Assembly (NCBI RefSeq): GCF_001194135.2
Contig: NC_068999.1
Span: 38,413,352 to 38,477,120, forward strand
Source: Octopus bimaculoides
Lineage: Eukaryota
DNA length: 63,769 bases
Direction: 5' to 3'
Each line of letters starts with the position of its first letter. The first letter of the stretch is position 1. Shown piece by piece: positions 27,574 through 41,934 of the stretch. The notes under the pieces were generated by a model. It saw nothing but the letters and a program-made list of their open reading frames with translations, searched no databases and was not told the DNA's origin. A program made the position numbers and the translations under genes.

Positions 27574-27679
27574 CAATTTGCTGTAGTACTCTTTTAGAAT
27601 GGTAGGATTGCAAGACATTTTCCTCAAGCAGTCTGACAACAGACAATAATACTTTTAGTATGTTGTTGATTTAAATGAT

Positions 27680-27713
<34 letters not shown>

Positions 27714-29269
27714 CATGTGTGTGTGTATGTAAAACTATGCATGTGTTTGAATTTCTCAACACTTTAGTATTGTTGCTATTGTCATGAATAATGAGAGTAA
27801 TATCAATAAAATAATAATATACTTCTGATAATTTGAAGAATATATTTTCGAAAGGAATATTTATTGAAATGTAGATTGTATTGTGACTGGTTGTGTGTGT
27901 GTGTGTGTCGCGGGGGAGGGAGGGGGTAGAAGGGAAAGGGAAAAAAAAATATGTGAACCAGTATTCTCAAGATTCAAAATTTTAATTCACTTGCTTTTTT
28001 TGCTTTTTTTTTTTTTTTTNNNNNNNNNNNNNNNNNNNNNNNNNNNNNNNNNNATGAATTAATTTGTAAAAATATTTCAGAATTTTGCTTACAATATTTG
28101 CAATGTATTTATTATGAGATAGGAAGGTGCAGCACATGCACATTTTGAAGCTGTTCTTTCTTTCAAGGAGGATAATGGCGTTGGTGGAGTGTCACCTTTA
28201 TTTGTGTCAACTGAAATCCCTTCTCACTGCAGGGCATATTTACCGCAGGGAGATAAAAGCTTTTCAATTACCCCTGCCAACACATCAAATGAGTTTAGAT
28301 CTGGCCTCCAAACCACTAAATAATGGGATCTAAAGGGGTAACCTCCTTATATAATAGCTTACCATTAACCCACTTTCTGTCCTATTTCTCTTAAAATACA
28401 TTGTCTTCCATTTGGGACATCAATAAATATGAAGTCTTGATGGAAGGTTTTGATTGAACTTATATTAAAAGTGGAAGTTTATATCATATATATACAGCCA
28501 CAGGTCCTTTTTGGCAGGTTTGTATTGAAAGGTTTAAACAAAAAAAACAAAACGGATATGGTCCTAGATACATTATGACTGGAAATATGATGGGAATGTT
28601 AGAGAAGGGAGAATTAGGGTCAATCAGAGAGAAGGGAGAATCAGACAAGATTAGGGACAATAAGAGATAATGGTTAATAAGAGTTAATAAAAGGTAAGGG
28701 ATAATCTGAGATAAGTCTAAACAAACATCAGAAGCAACAAGTCTGAAGTTTTACATTCTTGTATTGTTATCTAGATTAGTGAAAATGTTGTTTTTTGTTT
28801 TTCTTTTCAATATTTTCTGTTATCTATCTTAGTGGTTGTGTTTTGTAATAGAATTGGTAGGGCTGTGGCACTTACAAATTTGCTTTGCAGCCATGATTTT
28901 GGACTTGAACTCACTAAATGACATCTTGAGAAAATGTTTTCTTCAGTTAAAATTGGTAAACAGGAACGGCTCAAAGACAGTGTGTGTTTTATCTCTTTTA
29001 CTTCTTCTGGGGCACTGCCTTGAAGGTGTCTGTCAGACAAATTCGTCCCAGTTCTTATTTTTAAGCCTGCTTCTTATTCTGTTGGTCACAGCTAGGTGAC
29101 AGAGATGTAAACAAACCAACACCTGTGACAAATGGCAGTGAGGGACAAACACAAAAGCACACACAGAGGAGCTGGCATAGTAATGCACCGGAAGAAGAAA
29201 AGTCGATAAAAGAAAACCAAACTCGCTGTCTTCAAATTATCCTCACTCAGGGCCTTGAAAGTTGTTGAA

Positions 29270-29530
29270 TGACTGAAAGAGTAAGGTTGAGAGTACCAGC
29301 AGCTGAAATGGGGTTTCTCAGGTGGATGTCTGGAGTAATGTTACTCAATAGGGTGGATAGCTCAAAGATCAGGGTGTCTCTCCAAGTCAAACGGCTATTT
29401 TTTAACATTGAGAGATGACAATTTCAGTGCCATGAGCATGGTTAGAGTGTTGCCAGAAAAAGCAGCAAGATGGATTCTTAAAGTCCTGTCACCTGGCAGA
29501 GATATCAAGGGGTAAACCAAGAATAAAATG
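29270..29530 (+). mobile_element. RTE-type LINE C-terminal remnant
   Basis: RLRVPAAEMGFLRWMSGVMLLNRVDSSKIRVSLQVKRLFFNIER*, matching the RTE consensus AAEMxFLRxxSGxTxxDRVxxSxIRxxL. Confidence 0.75.
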
Positions 29531-30504
29531 GTTGCATAATATGGATGGATGAATATACTAATATATACATATATATCTTCATATACATAATTGTACGCTC
29601 ATATACATAAATGTACGCTCATATACATAAAATATACACACACGCATGCAAACACACACACACACACATAGATATATATATATACATACATACACACATA
29701 TATATGTACAGGGTGCTATATTGTATGTATCATAGAGTGTCATAGTATATATGGCACCGACTTAATGTACAAAGACAATGGTTACATTAGCAGCAGAAGA
29801 CAGATTTAAAAAGTGAAATAAAAACTCGAACCATGCAATCATAAAACTTAAAATATCTGCCAAACTTTTGTGTCGCTGCAATTATCTGCAAACTTTGAAT
29901 TGCTTTGTCACATTGCAGAGAGGTCTCACTTTTTTCACTTTACCCATTGTTTCACAGACTTACCATCTCTCTCTCTCTCTCTTTCCCTCATTCTTCTTTT
30001 GTCTGCCTCTCTTTCTCTCTCTCTGTCAATCACCTGTTGAGTTTTATTCCAAAATATATTGAATACAATATTTTTCTCATTCTTTATTCAACTTGTTTTC
30101 CTGTCTTTTTTTTTTCATTTTTCTTTTTTGTTTTTCCTCTTTTCTCTTTCTACACTTGTTTGCCTTCTCATTGTCTTAATCTCTTCTTTCTCTTTCACAC
30201 ACGTGCACACACGCACACATTCATTAACTCATTCTCTCTCTCTCTCTAATTCAATCACTTGCTCCTTCTCTAATTCTTCTTCATATCCTCATTTGTTCAT
30301 ACACATCCAGGCATATGAGTACTTACATAGACACACATAAATAATATGCATGCAAGCATATATATATATATCTACACACACACACACACACACGCACACA
30401 CACACATTTACACACACACAACCACATATTTGAATCATTCTTATAGAGGGCATTAGCAAAATGTTATTTTCCAGAAGTTTACAATTTGTCAACAGATTCA
30501 AATT

Positions 30505-30542
<38 letters not shown>

Positions 30543-30954
30543 TATTTCCACTTCCATATTAAGAATACGATTAAATTTCTCTCATTCTTTACATCAGTTT
30601 CATTTGTGTAATTTTCCTATTTCTAGTATCACTGTATACATCCCCACCTCTCCCCACTCCTCCTTTCCTACTTCCTTGGTCTTCTAATCACCACCTGTAT
30701 CACCATCACCACCACAGTTGTCATCCTCATCACATTTATAACAAATGTTTGCTTTAGGGAAATGTGTGTGTATGTGTGTGTGTGTGTGTGTAGTTGCTTG
30801 TTTGTTTGAGAGTGAAGTTATTGCACACGTTTTTCATTTCTTCCTTTCTTTTGTTTTCTCTTTTCTCTCTTTCTTTTTCCTCTTTCTGTCTTTTTAACAT
30901 TGTTCCCTTGTTTCATTCATTCTTTCTTTCTTTAATTCTCAATCTTTTGTTATA

Positions 30955-31100
30955 GAATTTTCCTCCTCCTCCTCCTCTATCTCCTCTTCCTCTATCTCCT
31001 CTTCCTCTATCTCCCCCTCCTCTATCTCCTCCTCCTCTATCTCCTCCTCCTCTATCTCCTCCCCTTTCCTCCTTCTCTTTCCTCCTCTCTCTTCTCTCCT
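30955..31100. repeat. (CCT)n/cctctatctcct polypyrimidine repeat
   Basis: Seen directly. Confidence 0.9.
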
Positions 31101-31819
31101 GATGAAAAACTTGGAGATTTAGTAGACAAACATATTTAAGAATCTTGAGCTATGTGTGTGTGTGTATGTGTGTGTCTGTATATATGTGTACATGTTTGAT
31201 TATATAAATGTGTGTGTGTATATAGATATATATCATCATCACCATTGTTTAGTGTTCATCTTGTATACATGCATGAGTAGGACAGTTGACAGGAGCTGGC
31301 CAGGTAGAAGGCTACTCCATGCTACTCTGTGTCTGTTTTGGAAGGTTTCTTTACAGCTGGATGCCCTTCCTAATATCAACTGCTCCACAGAGTGGACTGA
31401 GTGCTTCTTACCTGCTACCAACAAAGGCATCGATGTTCAGAAAATATAATAGAGCACCAAAGGATCAATAAACAAACTTTATAATTGTAAAATATAAACA
31501 AAGTTTAAATCCTTAACCAATTACTGATAACTATTTTACATTCATTTATCAATATTTATGAAATAATTTTCCCATATATTTGAATTGTTGAAGAAGGAAA
31601 ATTTAACCACTCTACTTAATTTTCCTATTAATATATTACCTCTTTTGTTACCTCATGGATCTATAGCAAGCCTCCATCTGGCAGAAACATCATATATTGC
31701 ATGAAGGCTAGTAGCATGCCATTACACACAAACATTACAATGAAAATCTCTTATAACTGAAACCGGCTTGTAATTACCAACTTTAAAATATCTAATTATG
31801 TATTTTTGTAATTATGCGC

Positions 31820-32015
31820 ATTGGCATGTTTAATAATGTATTTTGAAATGATTTGAATGTAAAATGTACATTGGAATATGAAATTTTGAAATGATTTAAT
31901 TGTAGTAATGTATTTTAGAAAAGATATCATATTTTTGAATGTGTAATAATGTATTTTGAAACGATTTCATTGTGAGAACCTTTTTCTCAGTGGTTGTATT
32001 TTGAAATGATGATTG
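31820..32015. repeat. Degenerate repeat of aatgtattttgaaatgattt
   Basis: The motif recurs about 5 times at 30-50 bp spacing. Confidence 0.6.
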
Positions 32016-32290
32016 TTATATCTCTTGGAATTAATTAAACACACCGTAAAAGGAATGGCGGATTTTCTTATTATTTCTCTATATCTTCCAAATGGCGTTG
32101 AATATTCTTAACATTCTGTCCCCTATATATACATATATTCACACATCATCATCATCATTTAATGTCTGTTTTCCATGCAAGCATGGGTTGGATGGAGAGC
32201 TGCACCAGGTTCCAATCTGATTTGGCATAGTTTCTACAGCTGGATGCCCTGGATATTACTCATATATATATATATATATATATCTATATA

Positions 32291-32331
<41 letters not shown>

Positions 32332-32959
32332 NNNNNNNNNNNNNNNNNNNNNNNNNNNNNNNNNNNNNNNNNNNNNNNNNNNNNNNNNNNNNNNNNNNNN
32401 NNNNNNNNNNNNNNNNNNNNNNNNNNNNNNNNNNNNNNNNNNNNNNNNNNNNNNNNNNNNNNNNNNNNNNNNNNNNNNNNNNNNNNNNNNNNNNNNNNNN
32501 NNNNNNNNNNNNNNNNNNNNNNNNNNNNNNNNNNNNNNNNNNNNNNNNNNNNNNNNNNNNNNNNNNNGTCGTCGTCGTCGTCGTCGTCGTCGTCACCATC
32601 ATCATCACCATCATCATCACCACCATCATCACCACCACCATCATCATCATCATCATCATCATCATCCTCCTCCTCTAATACCCATGGTCTATGCTGGCAT
32701 ACATTGGGCAGTTTGACAAGGATCCAATGAGTCAAGGACTACAATGTGCTCCAGTTTCCGCTTTGGCATTCCTAATGCCAACCACTTTACAACATGTGGG
32801 CTGGCTTCTTCTTTTACATGTCATCAACACTACTGAGGTCACCCTGTTGCTCACAAACCAGAAAACCCAGGGAGGGAGGTTGCTGCCTTTGTGTGCTAGA
32901 CAGAGGTTAACACACAAGAGAAAAGCTTGGTGTAGAGCAGGTTATATTCCAGGCATGTG

Positions 32960-33051
<92 letters not shown>

Positions 33052-33597
33052 TACACACAGAGCATTGCCTTCATATTTATGACTGGATATTGCTCATTTA
33101 AATTATGGCCATTAACTGAATGCAGTTGTGTACCACCAGAGCAAAACATTACATGAGCATTCCAAATTAATTTCTTCGAGCTCTCATAAAAATAGATGAG
33201 AGAGTTACTTCAAGAGTAGCATAGAAGACCAATGAAATATATTGTTTCTCTTTTCACACTTTGATTAGTAATGACATCAAAGTAACATTAATTAATTATG
33301 AAGAGGTTGGAATTCATTAAACCCAACAACTGCCTCATTAAAACTTATTCTGAAAACTACAAAGCATTCCCTCCATTTTTCTTAGGTACATTCTCCCATT
33401 GCCCTAATGTTGATAAACAGACACACAATTGCAAACATCTGTAAGCATACATGGTAAAACATAGGGACCTACAGAAAAGTGCTTTGAAAAGGTATGGACA
33501 CAAAACCCCACAAATATACTTCAATAGATTTACAATCCAACACACAAAACTCTGTGTGTGTAAAAATATTTGCAGCCTGGACATTTGCACTGGAAGC

Positions 33598-34115
33598 TCC
33601 AATACAATCATCAAGTTCCTGGAGGAGGTAGTGCTGCCGTTTGATCAAGAGGCTGGCTGCTGGAAGATCTTATGGTCAGGCAACAGGATTCTGCACCATG
33701 CAACAGAAGCAGGAGAACCCAGTCATGGCTATCAGACAATTTCTGCGACCACATCACCCCTAACATCTGGCCACCTAACTACCCAGACTGCAACCCCTTT
33801 GATTATTATGTGTGGGGCACAGTTGAGCAAGAGACCAACAAAATTCCTTGTAACATCAAAGAAGACATGAAGGCAATGATTATTGCAGCATTGACCAACT
33901 TAAACAAGGAGTCTGTCTAGAAGAGTTGCTGGAGATTCTAAAGGCACTTGGAGGCTGTGGTTGAAGCCAATGGTGATTTTATTGAATAAATTTACTCTTT
34001 AGTATTTCAAAATATTTTTATGAAATGTTGGTAAATATAATTGCTAAAAATGAGATGTCAATGTTATTTTCATTTTTGCGCAATTTAGACAACAGTTTAT
34101 TTACCGCACTCCGTA
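33598..34115 (+). mobile_element. Tc1/mariner superfamily DD37D (maT) transposon remnant: 3' transposase pseudogene plus right terminus
   Basis: Reads KFLEEVVLP/IKRLAAGRSY/VRQQDSAPCNRSRRTQSWLSDNFCDHITPNIWPPNYPDCNPFDYYVWG...RHLEAVVEANGDFIE*. There are 37 residues between the QQD aspartate and the NPFD aspartate. Frameshifts and stops are present. Ends ...ttaccgcactccg followed by TA. No left TIR found. Confidence 0.88.
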
Positions 34116-34747
34116 TACACACACTCACACATTTATGTGTGTGTGTGTGTAAGTATGCAAAATCTTGCATTTCACAGCATTTGTTTGCGAAACAACAACA
34201 AATAAAGATACAGAAGTAGATCTAAACATTGATGTATTTATTTGATTGATAAGAGGCTTCATCTTTTTGAAAATAGCAAATGTAAAAAAATAAATCTATT
34301 TTTATATAGAAACACAATTTCAAAGACTACTGAAAATATTAATTAATTTGTAAAACAACAACAACAACAACAACAACAACAATAATAATGATAATAATGA
34401 TAATAGCAGTAAAAGTTGAAAGCATAACAAATAGAGTGGCAGAAGCGATGTCAAAAGAAGTAAGGGGTGTTCTTGGCAGAGGCGGAGGTGGTGGTCACAG
34501 AGCTTGTAGAAGCCTGCCAAGTTTTTAATTATTTTTCTCAGAAGCTAATTTATTCCTGAAAGCCTGATCCTTTTGTTTGGTATGATCTTTACTTAAATTA
34601 TTAATGGTGTTACAATTCGTTTTTGTAGTTCAGGAAACATTCACAGGCTCACATGAACAAACATTTATGTATGAGCATGTGAACTATCTGTGTGTGCGTG
34701 TAATATATATATATATCATAAATGTATATATTTATAATAGATACCAA

Positions 34748-34796
<49 letters not shown>

Positions 34797-34810
<14 letters not shown>

Positions 34811-34836
34811 TAGAGAGAGAGAGATAGAGATATAGA

Positions 34837-34868
<32 letters not shown>

Positions 34869-34948
34869 TATATAGAGAGAGAGAGATATAGAGAGAGAGA
34901 GAGATATAGAGAGAGAGAGATATAGAGAGAGAGAGAGAGAGAGAGAGA
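34797..34948. repeat. Compound (GA)n/(TA) microsatellite
   Basis: Recurrent gagagagagatatagagaga units. Confidence 0.95.
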
Positions 34949-34992
34949 AATAAATATACATGTATTTATATATATACATACATACATATCTG

Positions 34993-35025
<33 letters not shown>

Positions 35026-35146
35026 GTGCATGGTTGTTTGTGTGCACATATGTGTGAGTAAAGCTCACAAGTGTGTGTATATATAAATACATGTATGCGC
35101 ATTCACATACAGACATACATCTTATATATAAGATGTATGTCTATAT

Positions 35147-35183
<37 letters not shown>

Positions 35184-35483
35184 TGGATATAATGAGTATA
35201 TAACATTCCACTGAGTGTCTACTGAATTAAAATATTTTCATGCAAAATAAGACCACTTTTACCGATTTATTGATGATAAATTTTCACAAGAATTTATAAA
35301 TATTTTGAAATATCTCACTAACGTTTGTAGAATATTAAAAACTTGGAACTGACAAGAAGTGATTTAGTGGTGTCTTTTGAATTCTTGCAATGTTTGAGTG
35401 AGGAACTGGCAGTGCTGTTATTATTAAAGATATATAATGGTCATGAGCTTAGCTTGTTGGACTAATAACATCATTTGTGTGAG

Positions 35484-36154
35484 NNNNNNNNNNNNNNNNN
35501 NNNNNNNNNNNNNNNNNNNNNNNNNNNNNNNNNNNNNNNNNNNNNNNNNNNNNNNNNNNNNNNNNNNNNNNNNNNNNNNNNNNNNNNNNNNNNNNNNNNN
35601 NNNNNNNNNNNNNNNNNNNNNNNNNNNNNNNNNNNNNNNNNNNNNNNNNNNNNNNNNNNNNNNNNNNNNNNNNNNNNNNNNNNNNNNNNNNNNNNNNNNN
35701 NNNNNNNNNNNNNNNNNNNNNNNNNNNNNNNNNNNNNNNNNNNNNNNNNNNNNNNNNNNNNNNNNNNNNNNNNNNNNNNNNNNNNNNNNNNNNNNNNNNN
35801 NNNNNNNNNNNNNNNNNNNNNNNNNNNNNNNNNNNNNNNNNNNNNNNNNNNNNNNNNNNNNNNNNNNNNNNNNNNNNNNNNNNNNNNNNNNNNNNNNNNN
35901 NNNNNNNNNNNNNNNNNNNNNNNNNNNNNNNNNNNNNNNNNNNNNNNNNNNNNNNNNNNNNNNNNNNNNNNNNNNNNNNNNNNNNNNNNNNNNNNNNNNN
36001 NNNNNNNNNNNNNNNNNNNNNNNNNNNNNNNNNNNNNNNNNNNNNNNNNNNNNNNNNNNNNNNNNNNNNNNNNNNNNNNNNNNNNNNNNNNNNNNNNNNN
36101 NNNNNNNNNNNNNNNNNNNNNNNNNNNNNNNNNNNNNNNNNNNNNNNNNNNNNN
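35484..36154. other. Largest assembly gap (about 670 N). Others at about 6071-6505, 8776-9012, 17143-17550, 17955-18054, 18921-19075, 27073-27151, 28020-28053, 32332-32567, 36827-36926, 45311-45458, 55198-55450, 56969-57375
   Basis: Runs of N. Confidence 1.
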
Positions 36155-36200
<46 letters not shown>

Positions 36201-37189
36201 GGTAAGATACATTGTTAGATACTTATGTATACATATATTAATGTGTTTGTGTGTGATTTATGCATGTATTAATGTGTTTATGTGTGTAAATACACAAAAT
36301 AATATATTTCTGACTCAGAGTAGAAGGAGACAAATCAAGAATCCAATTAAACTCTGAGGCTGATTCGTTAAAATTTTTCTCTCTGATTCATGGCTTCATT
36401 GGAAATCAGTGTAACGAAGCTGGTTTAAACATTTTGGCATCGCTCATGAAATATTTATATTATAATGTCAGATAAACACTTTGTGTTTCTATTATCATCT
36501 TTGAATTTGCTATATTTTCAATATTCCCCCCAGAACAAGGCATTGAAAAGAAGTGTGACAGCTCACTGGCACGCTTCTTCCTCCCTCTCGCCAATAACAT
36601 TCAACATCAGAGAAGTGTTTTGCCACTTCACTTGAGCTGATAGATCAGCAATCTTAGAAGAGTGGAATTAAATGAATTAACATGAATCCGTTCAGCTCAC
36701 ACATGGTTTTAATGGAGCTGTGCACGCATGAGCATGCATGTGTGTTTGTGTGAACGGGAATACACTTATATTTTTGTACACACACACACACATACACATA
36801 TATAATACATATATGCACATATATAANNNNNNNNNNNNNNNNNNNNNNNNNNNNNNNNNNNNNNNNNNNNNNNNNNNNNNNNNNNNNNNNNNNNNNNNNN
36901 NNNNNNNNNNNNNNNNNNNNNNNNNNAAAATGCGGGAGTCACAACTACATCCAATGTGTTGTCTATGTGTCATCTCTATCCTAAATATCAATGTTAAATA
37001 TTCAACGTCTATGCATATGAACTTGGTATGTCTGTGATAATTTAACATTTCTGTGTCTATAGCAACATGTAGAATACTTGTGTGTGTGAATGTGTGTGTG
37101 TGTGTGTGCACATATGGAAATTTATTTAAAAATTTAAAAGACGTTTGACAATATGAAAGCAACTAAAAGTGGCACTAATATACAATACG

Positions 37190-37490
37190 ATATTACTATA
37201 AGTTTTTTACTATAACTAGTAATATACTGGAACAATTTACTACACTTTTATTATATTACTATAGCTAATATAATACTAGAGGTAATATACTATATTGTAT
37301 ACTATATCATATAGTATAATATTATAACTATTTATTTACTGGAATAATGTAATACTATAAGTCTATTGCTATAACTAACAATATAATGAAACTAATACAC
37401 AATATTATATACCATATCTATATTATTAGTATAACTAGTTATATGCTATATTATATAACTATATTATCTAAACTAGTAATATTGATGTAG
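37190..37490. repeat. Degenerate AT-rich tandem repeat (tactataactagtaata-like)
   Basis: Recurrent tactata, ataacta and tagtaata motifs. Confidence 0.6.
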
Positions 37491-37569
37491 GCTTTTATTT
37501 TAACTAAGAATATGTCAGAACTAAGTAATTTACTTTACTCTGGGAAATGGTCAGGTTTGATAAATAGAA

Positions 37570-38210
37570 GAGGAATTAGTAGGAAGTCTTCTCGGTGGTG
37601 TATGAAATGTAAGCTATGGGTGCACAAGATATGTAATAGGATAAATCCTTGTATTTGGCTGAAACAGAAGATTAGTTAACTTTTAAGGGTACGTGTGAAG
37701 TAGATTCTATTTCAATTCTGTGGAAGAATCCATTAAAGATGATAGCGTTTGATGTTAAATAAAACTACTGGGCAATAATTTGGAATGCTCTGAAAGGATT
37801 GTTGTCAGAGACAAAGAACAGGATGGGAAAATGTCCATGGCATTATTAACTCTGTTGGTCATAAACGATTTCTCTTTTTGATGGAAGTGTAGATTGTGTG
37901 ATGCTTGTGAATAAAACACAATGCTGCATGGCAATGAAACCTGACTGTTGAAAGGAACGGTATGTAGAAATGTTTCAGAAATGAAGGAAGCATGTTTCAC
38001 CGAATGTATGTATAATATTAGAGTGCATGAAAGGTGTAGCATATTAAGAGAATTAGGAGAGAAACTGGGGATAACAAGCAATCAGATGTATGGTGCCTGA
38101 AAGAAGATTTCACTTTATGGGTTTGCAATGTTTATCGATGATAACAGCTGGATGAAATGCAAAAATACTGTGAGTCATAGCTGGCAGTGGTTGAGAAATA
38201 TCAAAGATGT
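37570..38210 (+). mobile_element. RTE LINE RT C-terminal remnant
   Basis: WCMKCKLWVHK...GCSERIVVR...GW.K...LLTL...FSL..CRLCDACE..MLHGNETW...LGEKLGITS, degenerate with many indels. Confidence 0.75.
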
Positions 38211-38345
38211 CACGGGAAGATGTAGTTAAAGTTAATATTGGGAAGTTGAACCTTATGAAGCAGGATGACAAGTGGAGCAGATCTGTTCTATACATGTAAA
38301 CAAAGAAAAAAGACAAAATGACTTACACGTGCGCGCGCACACACC

Positions 38346-38401
<56 letters not shown>

Positions 38402-38454
38402 NNNNNNNNNNTATACATATACACTTACATGCACATATTACACATATACACACA

Positions 38455-38491
<37 letters not shown>

Positions 38492-39649
38492 GCATGTATA
38501 TATGCAAGTGTGTATCATCATCATCATTATTATTCCTAATTCTGACACATTATGTTCAGAGTTCAAATTCCACCAAGGTCACCTTTAACTTAGTGGAATG
38601 GCTGTAATCAAATATGCCCCTCCACCCACCACAAAATTTCAGGCCTTGTGCCTATGGTAGAAAGGAGTCTCATTGGAAAGCAGACATTAAATGATGATGA
38701 TGTTAGTATTTCGGATCATCTGTGGTATTTTAAGTGTATGTTTGTTTTAGAAACATTCCTTGTATTCTATTCTTCCAATCTATTTCTGTGTAACTCTAAG
38801 TTTCTTATCTTGACACTTGTCTTTGATATTTTGGAACAAATTGATGACTTACCCACAAACAAGACACTTTCTCACTATTTACAATTAGAAATCATTCTTA
38901 TCTCCCATTACCCATCAGAAACACAATTAATTACACAAAAGATAAGAATATTTTTCATACTTTCCTCTCATAAATAAGTTGCATTTTCACCATCAATTTC
39001 TTGAAGTTTACAAGTTTCCAAACTGGAAAACTCCGAAGAATTTATAGCTATAATTTACTAAATAATGGATTAATCTATTCTGAATGTGAATTCAATAATT
39101 TCTGCTTGCCATCTTGATCTACTTTTGATAATGGTATCTATGTATTTGCAATAATAATAATAATAATAATAATAATAATTTACAGTCTAGCAGGTCTGAG
39201 TGATGTAGGGTGATAAATATTTGGGGAACAGAATCAGAATATGATTTTTAAAAGCCCAAATCATGAACTGCCAGTAATATTTCTTGAAGAATTAGTGTGT
39301 TGGCCAAAATTTAAAACTCTTGCATACTTTCTAAGAAAACAATTATGTAAGGAACACAATGCATTGAATATATAAACATTTAAATAATCTCATCCTGAAA
39401 AACATCAACAATTAAGTAAATTATCTAAATATAAGATCAGAGATCCTTACTAAATACTACCATTTTGATAATTACCTTTAAAATATTGAAAGTTTTTTCT
39501 TCTACATAGTTAAGAAATGAACTTAACCAGGTATTGAAATATAATTAGAGAAGTTATTTGCATAATCAGCAGAGCATTAAAACAATTACATTATGCTATT
39601 TAATTACAACCCTTAATGCTCCAAGTTCAAATCCTGTCCACTCCATTTC

Positions 39650-39850
39650 AAAAAGTGCTATGTGTCATTCATCATAAAAATAGTAACCAATTTCCCTCAA
39701 TTCACATCCTATCATCTTAAAAAGAAGTTGGTTTGATAATGTAATTCTGGATTCCCTCAGACATAGGCAAAATATGAGATGATTGTGATTGGCATATCTT
39801 TGCTGACAAATATGCTTGGCCAGAATGGATCTGGGTTAAATAACAACATA
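39650..39850 (+). mobile_element. Third interspersed repeat family with an (AAC)n-type end. Related pieces at about 15100-15300, 21480-21560, 48520-48580, 50390-50580
   Basis: Shared motifs ccctcaa.tcacat.ctatcatcttaaaaa, ataatgta.tcct.gat and gggctaaa.aacaac. Confidence 0.45.
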
Positions 39851-40189
39851 AATATCTTAGCATTAAGTTTCCAATGGACAAAGGGTATAGAATTCATAAC
39901 CCCACAAAACTTGAACCCAGACAGTAAAGTTAAATGGATTTAATAAGCACCACAAGGCATTTTATCAAGTTCTGACAATGTGCTACTGTTGAAATTGTTT
40001 AAACTTTTGGACCTGTGGACACGTTGATGAGGACAGCAACTTTAAACTCTGCCAATCATCAAATGCCACAGGTCAAAAAAGGTTTCAAGTAGTGAAGATG
40101 TAGCACAGTTAGTGGCAGTGCCCCAGCATTGCCACAGCTCTTGAGCTGAAACAAGTAAATGGTAAAAGATAAACATCATAACAAATAAA

Positions 40190-40370
40190 TAATAGTTTCT
40201 GATTTAGGCACAAAGCCAGCAATTTCAAGGTGGGAGAAGGGGTTAATTGATATGATTATCCTGTGCACTTCACTGGTATTTTATTTGGAAGGATAAAAAG
40301 CTTTGTTGACCTCAGCAGGATGTGAACTCAGGATATAGAGAATCTGAATATATAACACAAAGCATTAATA
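40190..40370 (-). mobile_element. SINE family A, degenerate
   Basis: ggcacaaagcc...gttgacctcagcaggatgtgaactcagg. Confidence 0.65.
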
Positions 40371-40744
40371 ATGCAAAGTTGAATTACTAATTCCTTGAAA
40401 TTTATTTTTGATTTTGATTTTTGAAATTTATTGAAACACGTTGACAGTCTGTTTCATTAAAAATCTAACCACAAAAGAATTAATAAAGAAAACTTTTTTT
40501 GAAAATGACTATTATTAATTTTCCTACAATATTGTATATGATATATAAAGGAATAGAAACAGTTACAAACACACACACACAACACAACACAAGCGTGCAC
40601 TCACACACACACACACACACACACACAGAGATTTGAATAGCAAATTGTTGCTTTCTATACTTGAAAAATTGACTAGAGTTTGGCATGAAATCAACCTTTC
40701 ACAAATGTCATTGTGGAGGTGATTAGATTCATAAGAGTTCTTAC

Positions 40745-40865
40745 AGGTACTGGTATGGCTGCATGGTTAAGAAGCTTGTTTTGAAACTACTTGGTTTGAG
40801 TTCAGTCCCACTGTGTGGCACTTTGGGCCAGTGTCTTTATCTGGTCAACCAATGACTTGTGAAGT
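40745..40865 (+). mobile_element. SINE family B head
   Basis: tggctgcatggttaagaagctt...gagttcagtcccactgtgtggcactttggg. Confidence 0.75.
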
Positions 40866-41169
40866 CAAACCATAGCAGTGATGTTTTTAAATCATTCCAT
40901 ACATACACTTAAGTTTTGTGTAGTATATAACAGGGAATTCATCTATTTTGAAACCTTCGTTAGTTAAAACATTTTGAAAATATTGGATATATATGTTGCA
41001 ATTGCTTAAAATTTTTGGATTCCAACCACACATGAGACTAAATCTGTTCCAGTTACATAAACACTTGTACTTGAGACTATATCAATATTATTATGTTAAA
41101 AGTATTATGTTAATATTAAAATTTCCCAACATAACATACTTATATTACCTTTTACAAAATAGTTGTGAA

Positions 41170-41830
41170 ATGAGGGCCATGAATGCAGAGGAAAGGCAAA
41201 GGTTAGAAAGGGATGAAAGGGGCCTGTTCTGCTGTATGAGAGTAACATCATTGTGAAAGACAAACTCACACTGGTCATATTATGATGTGTGCAAATGGGG
41301 ACAGTTACATAAAGAAGTGCCAATGTGAATGGAACCTGTTGAAGAAGCAGACTCGAGAAGAAGGTGTGAGATGAAGGAGTGAAAAATAACCCCTAGTTGC
41401 TGAGTCTCACAGACGAGATGACAAAAGACTAAGATTATTTGCAGCTTGCTGAGAAGTTGCACAAATGAGGCCCTGCAAGCATCAATTCCCCTGACCCAGG
41501 CTGTCCCTGAGGTGTCTCTTCCCTACAACCCACCTCTGACCCTGGCACTCTGCATCTCTTGCACACCACCCACATACCCCTTCATGTGTGCTGTCAGCCA
41601 TCACCTTCCTTTCCTAAACCCATTTCCTCCATCCTCTCTCCCTCACCCTTGATCACACTCCCACTCCTGTTCACACTTCACTGCATTCACCTCTGTCCCT
41701 GTCTCTTTCCTTTTTTCCACTCTCCTTTCAAACAATCACAAACCTACCCACCCATTCACCTTGCTCAGGACTGTTTCCTGGCTGTCCTCTGGCTCCTCAG
41801 CTCCTGTTGAACCATGCAAAACATGTTAGT
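41170..41830 (+). mobile_element. RTE LINE 3' remnant with C-rich 3' UTR
   Basis: MNAEERQRLERDE...DSYIKKCQ...LSLTDEMTKD*...EK, followed by gaggccct and a C-rich tract resembling 22367 onward. Confidence 0.6.
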
Positions 41831-41861
41831 ATGGGAGACAGGCATTATGCATTGTTGATAG

Positions 41862-41934
<73 letters not shown>

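Noticed and set aside
35424-36357. Long ORFs of 150-306 aa dominated by X
   Set aside because: Read-through of N-gaps.
39290-39560. Second Penelope GIY-YIG remnant
   Set aside because: Only faint motif resemblance (LSKY), not enough to call.
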